A stretch of DNA of 28,481 nt, from NCBI GenBank assembly GCA_965660855.1, contig CBFIBM010000002.1, positions 129,073 through 157,553 on the forward strand. The letters run 5' to 3'. Made by a program: the position numbers and the translations under genes. Within the stretch, counting starts at the first letter, position 1. Each line of letters opens with the position of its first letter. Under the pieces are notes generated by a model. That model had not been told where the DNA came from, searched no databases, and saw only the letters and a list, made by a program, of their open reading frames with translations. This document shows, piece after piece, positions 18,665 through 28,400 of the stretch. Source of the DNA: an uncultured bacterium. Lineage in GTDB: Bacteria; Fidelibacterota; Marinisomatia; Marinisomatales; UBA1611.

Positions 18665-20109
18665 TGATATTCCCTAATAATATCTAAGTCGGAATAATAA
18701 TGTTTTATCCCTTTTATATCCTGATACTCTTCTCGGCCTTTACCAAAAATTGCAACGAAATCATTTTTTTCAGCTTTATTTAATATAAAACGTAGACCTT
18801 TAGCTCTATCATCAAATATTGAATAATTTTCTCTTTTTTTGAAACCAGATGTTATATCTGAGTTTATATCTTCTAAATTTTCTCCTCTTGGGTTATCTGG
18901 AGTGATATAGCTATGATTACAATATTTCTCAGCTATAGAACCCATCACTGGTCTCTTATATCTGTCTCGTTCTCCTCCTGCACCAAAAACAATATATATC
19001 TTACCTATATCAGGTTTAATATTTTTTATAGCATTTAAAGATTTCTCGTATGCATCAGGTGTATGAGCATAATCGATAATTACATTTGCCCCTGTTGATA
19101 AAATAAAACTTTCCATACGACCTGGAACAGATGAGCAATTAGAAATTCCTTGCTCAATATCTTCTTTACGTATTCCAATCACTTGGGCGCAACTTACTGC
19201 AGCCAGAATATTTTCAGCGTTATAGTATCCAATAAGGTTCGATTTTATTGAAAATTGTCTGTTTTTATTTTTAATTATTCCTTCAATTCCGCAAGCATTC
19301 ACTTTTATTTCTTCATAATGAATACTATCTAAATTTTTTATTGAAAACCATTTTATTTTAGAGTTTGTAGCATCTTTAATTTTTTTTCCATATTCATCAG
19401 ATTTATTAATGATGGAAACAGAATCCTTAGATAAATTTTTAAATAAATTTAATTTTGTTTTAAAGTAAGAATATAAATCTTTATGATAGTCTAAATGTTC
19501 AGGAGATAGGTTTGTAAAAATAGCAATATTGTAATTTATGTTTAATATTCTTTTTTGATGGATTGCATGAGAAGAGACCTCCATTATAACATGAGTAAAG
19601 CCATCTTTCATTAATTTATAAAAATACTGATTAAGCTCTATTGCTTCCGGTGTTGTAAACTGACTTTTTTTAATTGAATTGGATGTCCTAAAACCAAGTG
19701 TACCAATTTGTGAGCACTTAATTTTTGCATTTTTCAAAATTGAATATAAAATTGAGCAAACGCTTGTTTTTCCATTTGTCCCAGTCACTCCAATAATAAA
19801 TAATTTATTTGAAGGATTATTATAAAACGCTGATGCCACCAATGCAATAGACTCTTGAATGTTTTCAACTTTTAAAATTATTTTTCCTTTAACAGGAGTA
19901 ATATTATCTTGTGTTAAAACAACAGCTGCACCATTTTTAAATGCAGCATCAATAAATTTATTTCCATCATGTTTGGAACCTTTTATTGCAAAAAAAATAT
20001 AACCCTTTTTTATTATATTAGAATTGGTCGCAAGACCTTTTATTGTTATATCAGGAATGAAATTATCAGTTCTTACAAGTCTCATTATATCTATTAATTT
20101 TTTTTTCAT
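18661..20109 (-). CDS. murE: UDP-N-acetylmuramoyl-L-alanyl-D-glutamate--meso-diaminopimelate ligase
   Basis: [45 protein letters not shown], the DNPR motif (meso-DAP specificity) and GKGREEYQ. Start placed at ATG 20109 (ATGA overlap with the ftsI stop) instead of 20127. Confidence 0.96.
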   Translation of the reverse strand: MKKKLIDIMRLVRTDNFIPDITIKGLATNSNIIKKGYIFFAIKGSKHDGNKFIDAAFKNGAAVVLTQDNITPVKGKIILKVENIQESIALVASAFYNNPSNKLFIIGVTGTNGKTSVCSILYSILKNAKIKCSQIGTLGFRTSNSIKKSQFTTPEAIELNQYFYKLMKDGFTHVIMEVSSHAIHQKRILNINYNIAIFTNLSPEHLDYHKDLYSYFKTKLNLFKNLSKDSVSIINKSDEYGKKIKDATNSKIKWFSIKNLDSIHYEEIKVNACGIEGIIKNKNRQFSIKSNLIGYYNAENILAAVSCAQVIGIRKEDIEQGISNCSSVPGRMESFILSTGANVIIDYAHTPDAYEKSLNAIKNIKPDIGKIYIVFGAGGERDRYKRPVMGSIAEKYCNHSYITPDNPRGENLEDINSDITSGFKKRENYSIFDDRAKGLRFILNKAEKNDFVAIFGKGREEYQDIKGIKHYYSDLDIIREYQ

Positions 20110-22091
20110 TTTAGGCTTATTATACAAAGAGTTCCTTTTTTCACAATTTCTCCTGGCTTAGGACTCTGCCATTCTACTTTTCCGCTCCCTTTAATCTTAT
20201 ATTTCAAATTGTGATCTTTGATAGTCCTCATAGCTTTTCGCATGCTAAATCCTCTAACCTCGGGTACTTTAGTCTGATTTTGTAATAAACTAGTGGTCGA
20301 CAAGGATAATAATAGATCTAGATTGTTAATGGGTGATTTATCCTTATCCTCTGTCTCAGAAATCTTCATTATATTTCTATCGGCCAATGTCTTTGTTACT
20401 TTTTCTGGTAGTTTTATTTGATTATCCATATTAATTACCCTTCTGGCGATTCTTTTAAAAGCAATTGCAGCACCTTCGGAACCCCAATGATAAGGTTGCT
20501 TTGGTTCATCGAGCATTATAAATGCAAGAATTTTTGGATTATCATATGGAAAAAATCCAACAAAATTTGAAATAAATTGCTCATTAGAATATTTGCCATT
20601 TTTCCACTTTTGCGCAGTACCAGTCTTTCCGGCAACTTTCCATCCAGGAATATTAGCATTTTCACCAGTCCCAGATGTGATAACATTTCTAAGCATTGAT
20701 CTTATATTTCCCATTGTTTCGTTATCTGCTACCCTACGGTAGACGATTGGGTCTTCTGAAAAAATTATATCATTTTCATTATTTATAATTTGTTTGATTA
20801 GCCTAGGCTTAACTAAAAAACCTCCATTTGCGATTGCACAATATGCTGTTGCAATTTGAATTGCAGTAACTCCTACTTGATGTCCCATTGCAATTTGACC
20901 CAATGATACATTACTCCAGTCCATATATGGATACAATTTTCCTGTTACTTCACCTTTCAATTTTATACCAGTCTTTGATCCAAACCCTAAATCTCTACAA
21001 GTTTCGTACAATTTTTTTGGCCCGATACGTTCCATCATTTTAACAATTCCAATATTACTTGAATGTTGAATGATTTGAGGCAAAGTTAATATTTTAAATG
21101 TATCATGATCTGTTACCTGAGTATCATAGTATTGATATTTACCATTTTCACAATTAAACTCTTCTTGCAGAGTTATATCTTTATTTTTTATGGCTGCTAT
21201 TGCAGAAACAACTTTAAAAGTGGATCCAGGTTCAAATTGATCAGTAATAGCTCTAATTTTGTGAAATTCTGGAGGAGCTTCTGAAAAGTTATTATTATCA
21301 AAACCCGGTACAGATGCAATTGCTAGTATTTCACCTGTTTGAGGATGCATAATAATTCCTGTAGCAGATACAGCATTCGTTTCATCTCTTCTCTTTAATA
21401 ATTCTTGTTCTAAAATTGATTGGTATTCAAGATCTAAAGTAAGTTTTATGTTATTTCCATGGCTTGGTTCTTTATAGGGCATTCCACTTTTATGCTGTAT
21501 CTTTCCACTTAGACCTTTTGTTTTTTGAACCCAGCCTGGAACGCCTTTTAGGTATTTATTAAAATCTTTTTCAAGACCAGAAATTCCTTCATCATCATAA
21601 TTAGTATAACCTAAAATTTGCGCAGCAATTGAGCTGTGTGGGTAAAAACGCCTATATTTTCTTTTTATATCTAAGCCAGAAAAAGAATTATCTGTCAATA
21701 AACCAAGTGTTTCACGTTGTAAATTCCTTTCTAAATATTCAAAATTTGAGTTAGAATTAATTTTTTTTAAGTATTTATCTATTGGCTCTCCAGTACGTTC
21801 ACTTATTGCTTTAGCAATAGCAATTTTTTCAGTAACTTTCCTTGGATTAACGGATAGAGTATAATGAATTATATTTCTAGTAAGTGGCTTATTATTCCTA
21901 TCATATATATTTCCTCTATTGGCATGGAGAATATGTTTTTTTTGTGTCTGCTTTATAAGTGCAAGTTGATATTCACTTCCATTTAAAATCTGAACTTGAA
22001 ATAATCGAAAACACAAACCTAGCCACGAAAATAAAATAAAGCCTGCCATAACAGTTATTCGAGTCTTATATTTTAAATAGGTTTTTGTCAC
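20106..22091 (-). CDS. ftsI: Class B penicillin-binding protein FtsI/PBP3 with a C-terminal PASTA domain
   Basis: N-terminal TM helix, [19 protein letters not shown] and LTLD, catalytic STFK, SSN and KTG motifs; ends in a PASTA-like [12 protein letters not shown]...[16 protein letters not shown] start overlaps the ftsL stop. Confidence 0.95.
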   Translation of the reverse strand: MTKTYLKYKTRITVMAGFILFSWLGLCFRLFQVQILNGSEYQLALIKQTQKKHILHANRGNIYDRNNKPLTRNIIHYTLSVNPRKVTEKIAIAKAISERTGEPIDKYLKKINSNSNFEYLERNLQRETLGLLTDNSFSGLDIKRKYRRFYPHSSIAAQILGYTNYDDEGISGLEKDFNKYLKGVPGWVQKTKGLSGKIQHKSGMPYKEPSHGNNIKLTLDLEYQSILEQELLKRRDETNAVSATGIIMHPQTGEILAIASVPGFDNNNFSEAPPEFHKIRAITDQFEPGSTFKVVSAIAAIKNKDITLQEEFNCENGKYQYYDTQVTDHDTFKILTLPQIIQHSSNIGIVKMMERIGPKKLYETCRDLGFGSKTGIKLKGEVTGKLYPYMDWSNVSLGQIAMGHQVGVTAIQIATAYCAIANGGFLVKPRLIKQIINNENDIIFSEDPIVYRRVADNETMGNIRSMLRNVITSGTGENANIPGWKVAGKTGTAQKWKNGKYSNEQFISNFVGFFPYDNPKILAFIMLDEPKQPYHWGSEGAAIAFKRIARRVINMDNQIKLPEKVTKTLADRNIMKISETEDKDKSPINNLDLLLSLSTTSLLQNQTKVPEVRGFSMRKAMRTIKDHNLKYKIKGSGKVEWQSPKPGEIVKKGTLCIISLK

Positions 22092-22414
22092 AAGGAATTT
22101 TCCTTGTGATAAGGATGGTAGTTTACGATTAATGTTTCGGGATCTGTATTTACCATTTCTAATTCTTTGGAGGCTCGTTCTGAAATAATATCAGCCCTTT
22201 TAAGGGATTCAATTATACTGTCAAGTTCGTCAATTTCATTTTTAAGTTCATTTGCGGTTGATTTTTGAATATCTATGGCTAAAACTGCTTCATCTATTTC
22301 AGTATAAACCCAAAGGTAGATGATTAATCCTATTATGGTCATAGCAGTTGATAAGAAAAAAATAAAACTTTGAATTAAATCTTGATTTTTTTTTGATATT
22401 CTTTTTTTTCTCAA
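22088..22414 (-). CDS. ftsL: Cell division protein FtsL-like (basic N-terminus, TM helix, coiled coil)
   Basis: 108 aa; basic tail, one TM helix, heptad-rich region ending IISERASKELEM; canonical slot between rsmH and ftsI; TTG start overlaps the rsmH stop. Confidence 0.78.
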   Translation of the reverse strand: MRKKRISKKNQDLIQSFIFFLSTAMTIIGLIIYLWVYTEIDEAVLAIDIQKSTANELKNEIDELDSIIESLKRADIISERASKELEMVNTDPETLIVNYHPYHKENSL

Positions 22415-23313
22415 TTTGAGATCCTCATTGCAACACGGAGTTTTGAGCTTCTTGACCTTCTATTCATTTTTCTTTCATCAAATGATGGAGTGAGTGGTTT
22501 TTTAGTAATTATTGATATCAATGAATCATTTTCCAATCGTTTAAATGCCTGTTTGACGAGTCTATCTTCAAGAGAATGAAAACTAATTATAGTAATTACC
22601 CCACCAACCTTCAGATAATCATGAAAACTAGATAAAAAAGTGTTTAGTATTTCTAATTCTTTATTAACAGAAATCCGAATTGCTTGAAAAACCCTTGCAA
22701 TTGATTTTTTTCTGTATTTAGGAGGTGTTGAAATGGTGATTGCTTTAACAAGTTCGCTAACTTTATTTATCGGCCTTATTTGTGTTATATTTTTAGCTAT
22801 AACTCGAGAACGACGCTCCTCTCCATAATTAAAAATTATATTAGCTAGTTCATTTGTATCTGAAAAATTCAAAATATCCTTTGCCGTTATCTTCTGTTCT
22901 TTATCAAATCTCATATCTAGATCGCAATCATCGTTATAACTAAATCCTCTGTTTGATTTATCTAGTTGATAGGATGATAAACCAAGGTCTAATAAGATAC
23001 CATCAACAGATTTAATATTTAATTTTTCTAAAATTTTATTGATGTTGTGGTATGAATCTTTTATTCCATAAAAATTATCGTTTTTTAAAAATAAATTTTC
23101 ATTGCAAAAATTAACAGCATCAGCATCTCTGTCAACTGCAATTAGCCTACCATCTTTGGATATTAATTTTAAGATTTCAGATGAGTGACCACCCTGGCCT
23201 AGAGTACCATCGAAATATGTGCCACTTTTTTGAATCTTTAAAAATTCTATAGTTTCTTCTTTTAAAACAGGTATATGCCTAATTATGCCTACTTTTTCAG
23301 AAGTACTAATCAT
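22411..23313 (-). CDS. rsmH: 16S rRNA m4C1402 methyltransferase
   Basis: HIPVL, DGTLGQGGHS, DLGLSSYQLD, RGFSY, LDMR, YGEE, RVFQAIRI and ISFHSLEDRLVK motifs. Confidence 0.97.
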   Translation of the reverse strand: MISTSEKVGIIRHIPVLKEETIEFLKIQKSGTYFDGTLGQGGHSSEILKLISKDGRLIAVDRDADAVNFCNENLFLKNDNFYGIKDSYHNINKILEKLNIKSVDGILLDLGLSSYQLDKSNRGFSYNDDCDLDMRFDKEQKITAKDILNFSDTNELANIIFNYGEERRSRVIAKNITQIRPINKVSELVKAITISTPPKYRKKSIARVFQAIRISVNKELEILNTFLSSFHDYLKVGGVITIISFHSLEDRLVKQAFKRLENDSLISIITKKPLTPSFDERKMNRRSRSSKLRVAMRISN

Positions 23314-23774
23314 AAAATTATTTTATTTGAGAGTTCCTCATATGTTTCTGGTTCTATTTTAGATTGCTTTTTTTCAATTTCTTCTAAAATATTTGGATTC
23401 CATATTTCCATTTTGTTTATCATTCCAATTATAAGGACATCTTTATCCAAACCAGCAAATTCAATTAGGGACGAGTTGAGCATAACTCGTCCCTGTTTAT
23501 CATATGTGGAAGGGGTAGCATATCTTGCTGTATTTCGGATGAATCTTCTGTGAGTAATAGACAGAGAAGAGAGATCTCTTAGATTCTTTTCTATTTGTTT
23601 CCATTCAATTAGTGGATAAACCCAAATGCATTGGTCAAGACCACGGGCGATTACAAAAGTATTTTTATTATCTTTTGATAAACTTTGGCGAAATTTTGAT
23701 GGAATATTTAACCTACCCTTTGCGTCTATGGTATAGGAAAATTCTCCAATAAATGTATTCTTCGATAATGTCAT
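23310..23774 (-). CDS. mraZ: Transcriptional regulator MraZ
   Basis: Two DxxGR motifs (IDAKGRLNIP and YDKQGRV) plus EIWN; first gene of the dcw cluster. Confidence 0.97.
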   Translation of the reverse strand: MTLSKNTFIGEFSYTIDAKGRLNIPSKFRQSLSKDNKNTFVIARGLDQCIWVYPLIEWKQIEKNLRDLSSLSITHRRFIRNTARYATPSTYDKQGRVMLNSSLIEFAGLDKDVLIIGMINKMEIWNPNILEEIEKKQSKIEPETYEELSNKIIL

Positions 23775-23796
23775 TGTTTTCTTATTTTGGGTTAAT

Positions 23797-23815
23797 TACC
23801 CACAACTACCCACAA
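23797..23815 (-). promoter_or_regulatory. MraZ binding boxes: two direct TTGTGGGTA repeats with a 10-bp period
   Basis: TACCCACAA at 23797-23805 and 23807-23815 on the + strand, upstream of mraZ; matches the known GTGGG-type 10-bp-phased MraZ operators. Confidence 0.85.
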
Positions 23816-23843
23816 TGTTACCTAACAGTAAAAAAAATTGCAA
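23813..23843 (-). promoter_or_regulatory. dcw cluster promoter: TTGCAA-N17-TAACAT(TG)
   Basis: -35 TTGCAA at 23843-23838, a 17-bp spacer, and -10 TAACAT at 23820-23815, directly followed by the MraZ boxes that would cover the transcription start. Confidence 0.7.
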
Positions 23844-23916
23844 TAAATATTATAAAAAAAGGGAAAAAATTATCTAGCTAAGAAATTCGAACAAAAAATT
23901 TGAGTTTAGAAGGCTT

Positions 23917-24744
23917 TTATTGTAAAAGCTTATATTTTTGAATTTCTATTGAAGATGGGTAGGGTTTTACAATTAATTTGACAGGATCTTTTGAACCAGT
24001 TATTTTTTTTATTTCAGTGCCATTAATATAAACATTCAAAGATTCCGTAGATGTGAATAAAAGTTCAGACTCTTCATTAAATTCATTTAAGTCTTTTTCC
24101 ATATTTGAATTTAAAATTTTTAATACATCATTACTTATATCATTTGAAAATGTGTAACCAACTTGTTTAAGAGTTTTTATTTTAATAAAAAATGGCGGTT
24201 CTATATTAATTAGTTCCTCAATAGTCTGATCAAGCAGATAATCTTTTTTGAGTATTTCGTTTGTAACTGGTTTTACTTTATTTTGAATAATAGCTCCATT
24301 ATCAGTGACTATTGCTTTACTTTGCTGATTAAAAATTTTTTGCGAGACAATTATTGAAAAAATAAAAATCAGTGAAAATAAACTACCTTTAATCAATTCA
24401 TCTCTTTTATTTTTATTCATTTGTAATAGGAAATAGGTTCTTTTTATCTCCTCATCTTTTTCAATTTGATTTGTTTCTTCAATAGGTATTGGACTTCTTA
24501 TCCTTGCACGAGTATTCCCCATAAAAGAGTCAAGCTGCTCTAGTGATCTTTGAGAGTTACCTCCGATTTCTTCAGAATAAGCTCTTAAGAATAAACGAAG
24601 GTAAGGCGTTTCTATATTATTAAAATCGCCTTTTTCAATCGCATTTAAATATTGAATATGAATTTTTGTTCTATCACTTATTTCTTCAAGTGAGATATCT
24701 TGTTTTATTCTAAGTTCTTTCAGTTCTTTATAAAATTGTGCCAA
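23917..24744 (-). CDS. RodZ-like membrane protein (N-terminal XRE-type HTH, one TM helix, periplasmic beta domain)
   Basis: LKELRIKQDISLEEISDRTKIHIQYLNAIEKGDF...YLRLFLRAYSEEIG is the RodZ-type HTH pattern; TM segment GSLFSLIFIFSIIVS; TTG start. Confidence 0.75.
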   Translation of the reverse strand: MAQFYKELKELRIKQDISLEEISDRTKIHIQYLNAIEKGDFNNIETPYLRLFLRAYSEEIGGNSQRSLEQLDSFMGNTRARIRSPIPIEETNQIEKDEEIKRTYFLLQMNKNKRDELIKGSLFSLIFIFSIIVSQKIFNQQSKAIVTDNGAIIQNKVKPVTNEILKKDYLLDQTIEELINIEPPFFIKIKTLKQVGYTFSNDISNDVLKILNSNMEKDLNEFNEESELLFTSTESLNVYINGTEIKKITGSKDPVKLIVKPYPSSIEIQKYKLLQ

Positions 24745-24795
24745 AATAAGCCTGTATTTATATTATAAATTAGCTCTAAGATGATTAAAGATTTG

Positions 24796-25389
24796 TTATT
24801 TATTTATATTTTGTAAAACCTTTAGAATTAAACTATAATGTTTATAAAATTGAGATAATGGAAGCCCTACAACATTATAATAACAGCCATCTATTTTTTT
24901 TATATGCTTTGCGATGCTGTCTTGAATACCGTAACTACCTGATTTATCAAATGGTTTTTCATGTTTAATATATTCTTTAATTGATTTTTCATCAAAATTA
25001 TTAAAAAATATTTTTGTCCTTGAATGAAAAGTATCAATTATATCTAGTTTTTTATATTGTATTGACACGCCCGTTATAACATCATGCATATTTCCGGATA
25101 GCATTTTAAGCATTTCAACACTTTCTTGTTTGTTAGCTGGTTTACCTAAAATTAGACCATTTAACGTTACAATAGTATCAGCACCAATAATTAAAGAGTT
25201 TTTATTATTTTTTGATACATCTTCTGCTTTTTTTTCAGCCCAATATTCAGCAAATAAATGAGGTTTAAGTTTTAAGTTGAAATGCTCATCTATACTGCTC
25301 TTTTTTATTGTAAAAGAAAGTCCTATATTTTTTAGAAGTTCTTTTCTTCTGGGAGAAGAGGATGCCAAAATGATATTTAAATTTTCCAT
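24796..25389 (-). CDS. maf: Maf-family nucleoside triphosphate pyrophosphatase (YhdE-like, dTTP/UTP type)
   Basis: ILASSSPRRKELL, IGADTIV, GKP, DKSGSYGIQ and NVVGLPL motifs; SPRR, DTIV and GIQ fit the YhdE subfamily. Confidence 0.95.
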   Translation of the reverse strand: MENLNIILASSSPRRKELLKNIGLSFTIKKSSIDEHFNLKLKPHLFAEYWAEKKAEDVSKNNKNSLIIGADTIVTLNGLILGKPANKQESVEMLKMLSGNMHDVITGVSIQYKKLDIIDTFHSRTKIFFNNFDEKSIKEYIKHEKPFDKSGSYGIQDSIAKHIKKIDGCYYNVVGLPLSQFYKHYSLILKVLQNINK

Positions 25390-25401
25390 TGTGTAACAAT
25401 A

Positions 25402-28400
25402 TTAATATTTAGCACATCTTCCTATATGTGAAGAACTTGAATTTTGATTAGTAGCTTTTAATTTGTATATGTAAACACCCTTAGCAATATTTCCACCAAA
25501 TTGATCGAAGCCATCCCAAGAAATGTTATGATAGCCTGATGAAGTGTTAGGTAAACTAATTGTTTTAATTTTTCGACCACCAATTGTAAAAATATCAATC
25601 TTAACATTTGCGCTATTGTTTATTTCAAAAGTAAAGTCTGTTGATTTTGAAAATGGGTTTGGAAAATTATAAACATTATTCAATTTTAAGGTCTCATTAC
25701 TTTGAGTAAAAATGACGACCTCTTTATTACTTTGATTATTTGCGCTATCCCACGCTTTCACAATTAATTCTATTCTAGCATCGCTTGTTGCATATGGAAA
25801 TGTACCAGTTGTTATACTATTCTGATCATAAATGAACTGATTTGTATAATTGGATACAATATTATTAACTTGATTTGTGATTAATATTTCATGTCCAAGT
25901 TCATCTGTCAAATTAATTCCAATAGGGTCAGATATCCGTATAATCAATGGGTCATTATACGATAAATGATCTCCACTTTCTAATCTTTGCCCTTCAATCG
26001 TTTCAAAGGAAATTATCGGTCCTGAGATGTCATTTGATTCCAGACCACCTTTTAGAATTATGTTATCAATTGATCCAAGAAGCTCATTTGAATTGTCATT
26101 TATATAAATTATCATTTTTGATGAATTATTCGAGTAAGAAATATCTTTAGGAATTCGAACCTGACCAGAGAAGGTTTCACCATCCACTGAAAATTTGCCT
26201 CTAAATAAAGTTGGTCCAGATAAGCTATAAGAAAGACTATAAGTTTCAGACATTATTTGATATTCTCTTGTAACTTGTTTTTCTGCGTCATAAAGAATTA
26301 TATAGCCTTCTCCATTTTCAGAAATTAATTCTTGACTACCTATGAATGATCCAATTTCAAGTGTTAAAAGAGTATCTGGATTGATTGATAAATTAATTAT
26401 TGAATTCTTGGGCATTGGAATTTTTAATGCTGGATCTCCAAAAAGATGAAAATATTGGCTTTCATTACTGCCATCTTTAATTGACTGCACTATAAAACCA
26501 ATTTTTGCATCACTTATTTGTCCATTTTGAAATATATTATCAAATAGATCATATGTATATCTCTCATTACCAACAACTGAGATTGGCCTTGTTGTGGATA
26601 TTACAGCTGATGCAGCATTAGAGGGACTCCTTATTAGCTCCTCAGCAAATGATTCAGTCAAAGGGTCATCAAAATGTCCAAATGAACATGTTCCAACAAT
26701 CCAAATTGGTAATTTTCCTGTGTTATTAATTTTATTAATATCTCCGCGTTCTAAGGCAAGAAGTTTTTCTTGTGCCAGCTGGGTTGGGGATCCATGTCCA
26801 ATATATGAAATTAAGGCAGTTCCATAATTAATTGAATTTATCAATGCTTGAGTAGCATCAGGCTTTACTACACCATAAGCTGAAGCATCACCAACTTCAG
26901 GAAATTCCATCATATATAGTTTTTCGGTATAAATTTTACTGGGAATAAGTTCAGCCAACTGCTCTGAGTTTAGAGTGTGGGACTTTCCAGTTGAGATTGA
27001 TCCGTGATTGGGTTCTGGTCTAGCGGCATCATCAGCGATTAAGGTGACTTTCTGCCTCCATGGACCTAAAATTGAATTATTCTCAATATCTAGAATTTTA
27101 TTTACAAAATTAATGACTTCATTAGAGTTCTTAGCTGGAAACCTCCCTGTAGCTATTTCTGGTAAATTTCCATAAATGGTTACTAGCAAATCATCTGTAG
27201 CATAAGATCTATAAGATTGGACTTGAACTGTTGGCACAACAATTGAGCTTTGACCTGTTATGTTTCTATAATCATAACCGCCATCACCTAAAAGCAATAG
27301 ACAATTAGCTCTAGGTGTTTCCCACATTTCTTGAGTCCATTGAATGAAAGTCCTTATAGATATTGGGTCTTTATTCCCGGCTGAAAATTCATTATATATG
27401 TCTTCAAGACTTGCATAAATAGCTGGATTTCTAAGATTAATAAGGTCATCCGTTAAATTTCTAAATTCTTCAGGACCTATTATTATATAATCAGCAGATA
27501 AATTTGTATTACGGAGCCTAGAAAAATTTTCATCTTCAATAATTTGAAGTTCAGTAATATTATCAATATCATTGATGTTAAAACTAATAAAGTGGGAAAC
27601 TGTATCTGAACTCGTATTTACACTACAGAAACCATTATTTTCTATTACCAAATTCTGTGCGTTTTCAGGGTTAGTTATGTCCCATAACAAAAAGTTTGAA
27701 TCATATACTCCTGTAAATGAAAATCTAGTATTTTGGTTCTTTATTGGAGATTTAAATGAAAAATTTTCATTTACAATTAATTTTCTATCATATTGTATTT
27801 CAGTATAATCCAAAAAAGGAGCTGAGTTATCATCATCACTAGAATTTTTCAAATAAAAGAAATTTATCCCATCTATTAAAGGCAAATCATTAGAAGTACT
27901 GCTTATACTCCTTGCTGCATTACCCGACCAATTTATAGTATTACCTATGATGGTATTATTTTCATTTCCAAAATGTAGACTTATCGAGTGAAATGCTATC
28001 CCAGTTGATGCTGATGCTCCCCTTAATCTAGAATTAAAATTAAGAGTTCCACCAATTTTAGGTGATGGTAAATCCAAAATAATTGTTTGAGAATTACCAC
28101 TATTTATTGAATTTGAAACCCATTCGGTTCCAGACGCTTCAAGGTTTAAAATATCTGTTTCAAGATGAATTTTACTTAAACCATAGTCAATAATAGTACC
28201 AATTTCAGGTTGAACTGAATTTTTAATACGTTTTCCCCTCAAACTCTCATCATCCGGGATGAAAAGCCAACAATTACTTAAATTATAATAAATATTTTGC
28301 TTCCAAATTAATTCATTGTTTATTGCATTGAACCCAGAAGGACCTCGACCGTAAAATATTATCTTATCATTATTATTAAAAGTATCATCGTCCTCACCGA

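Noticed and set aside
23844..23916. ncRNA or terminator between the RodZ-like gene and mraZ
   Set aside because: Only weak AT-rich pairing and T-runs are present, with no stable stem or recognisable RNA motif.
400..27808. The many short + strand ORFs in the track (e.g. 400-672, 739-1086, 882-1199, 1359-1625, 5810-6166, 7448-7630, 12093-12392, 16514-16807, 23275-23553, 26594-26827, 27572-27808)
   Set aside because: They lie antisense to well-conserved minus-strand genes and show no recognisable motifs, so they are shadow ORFs.
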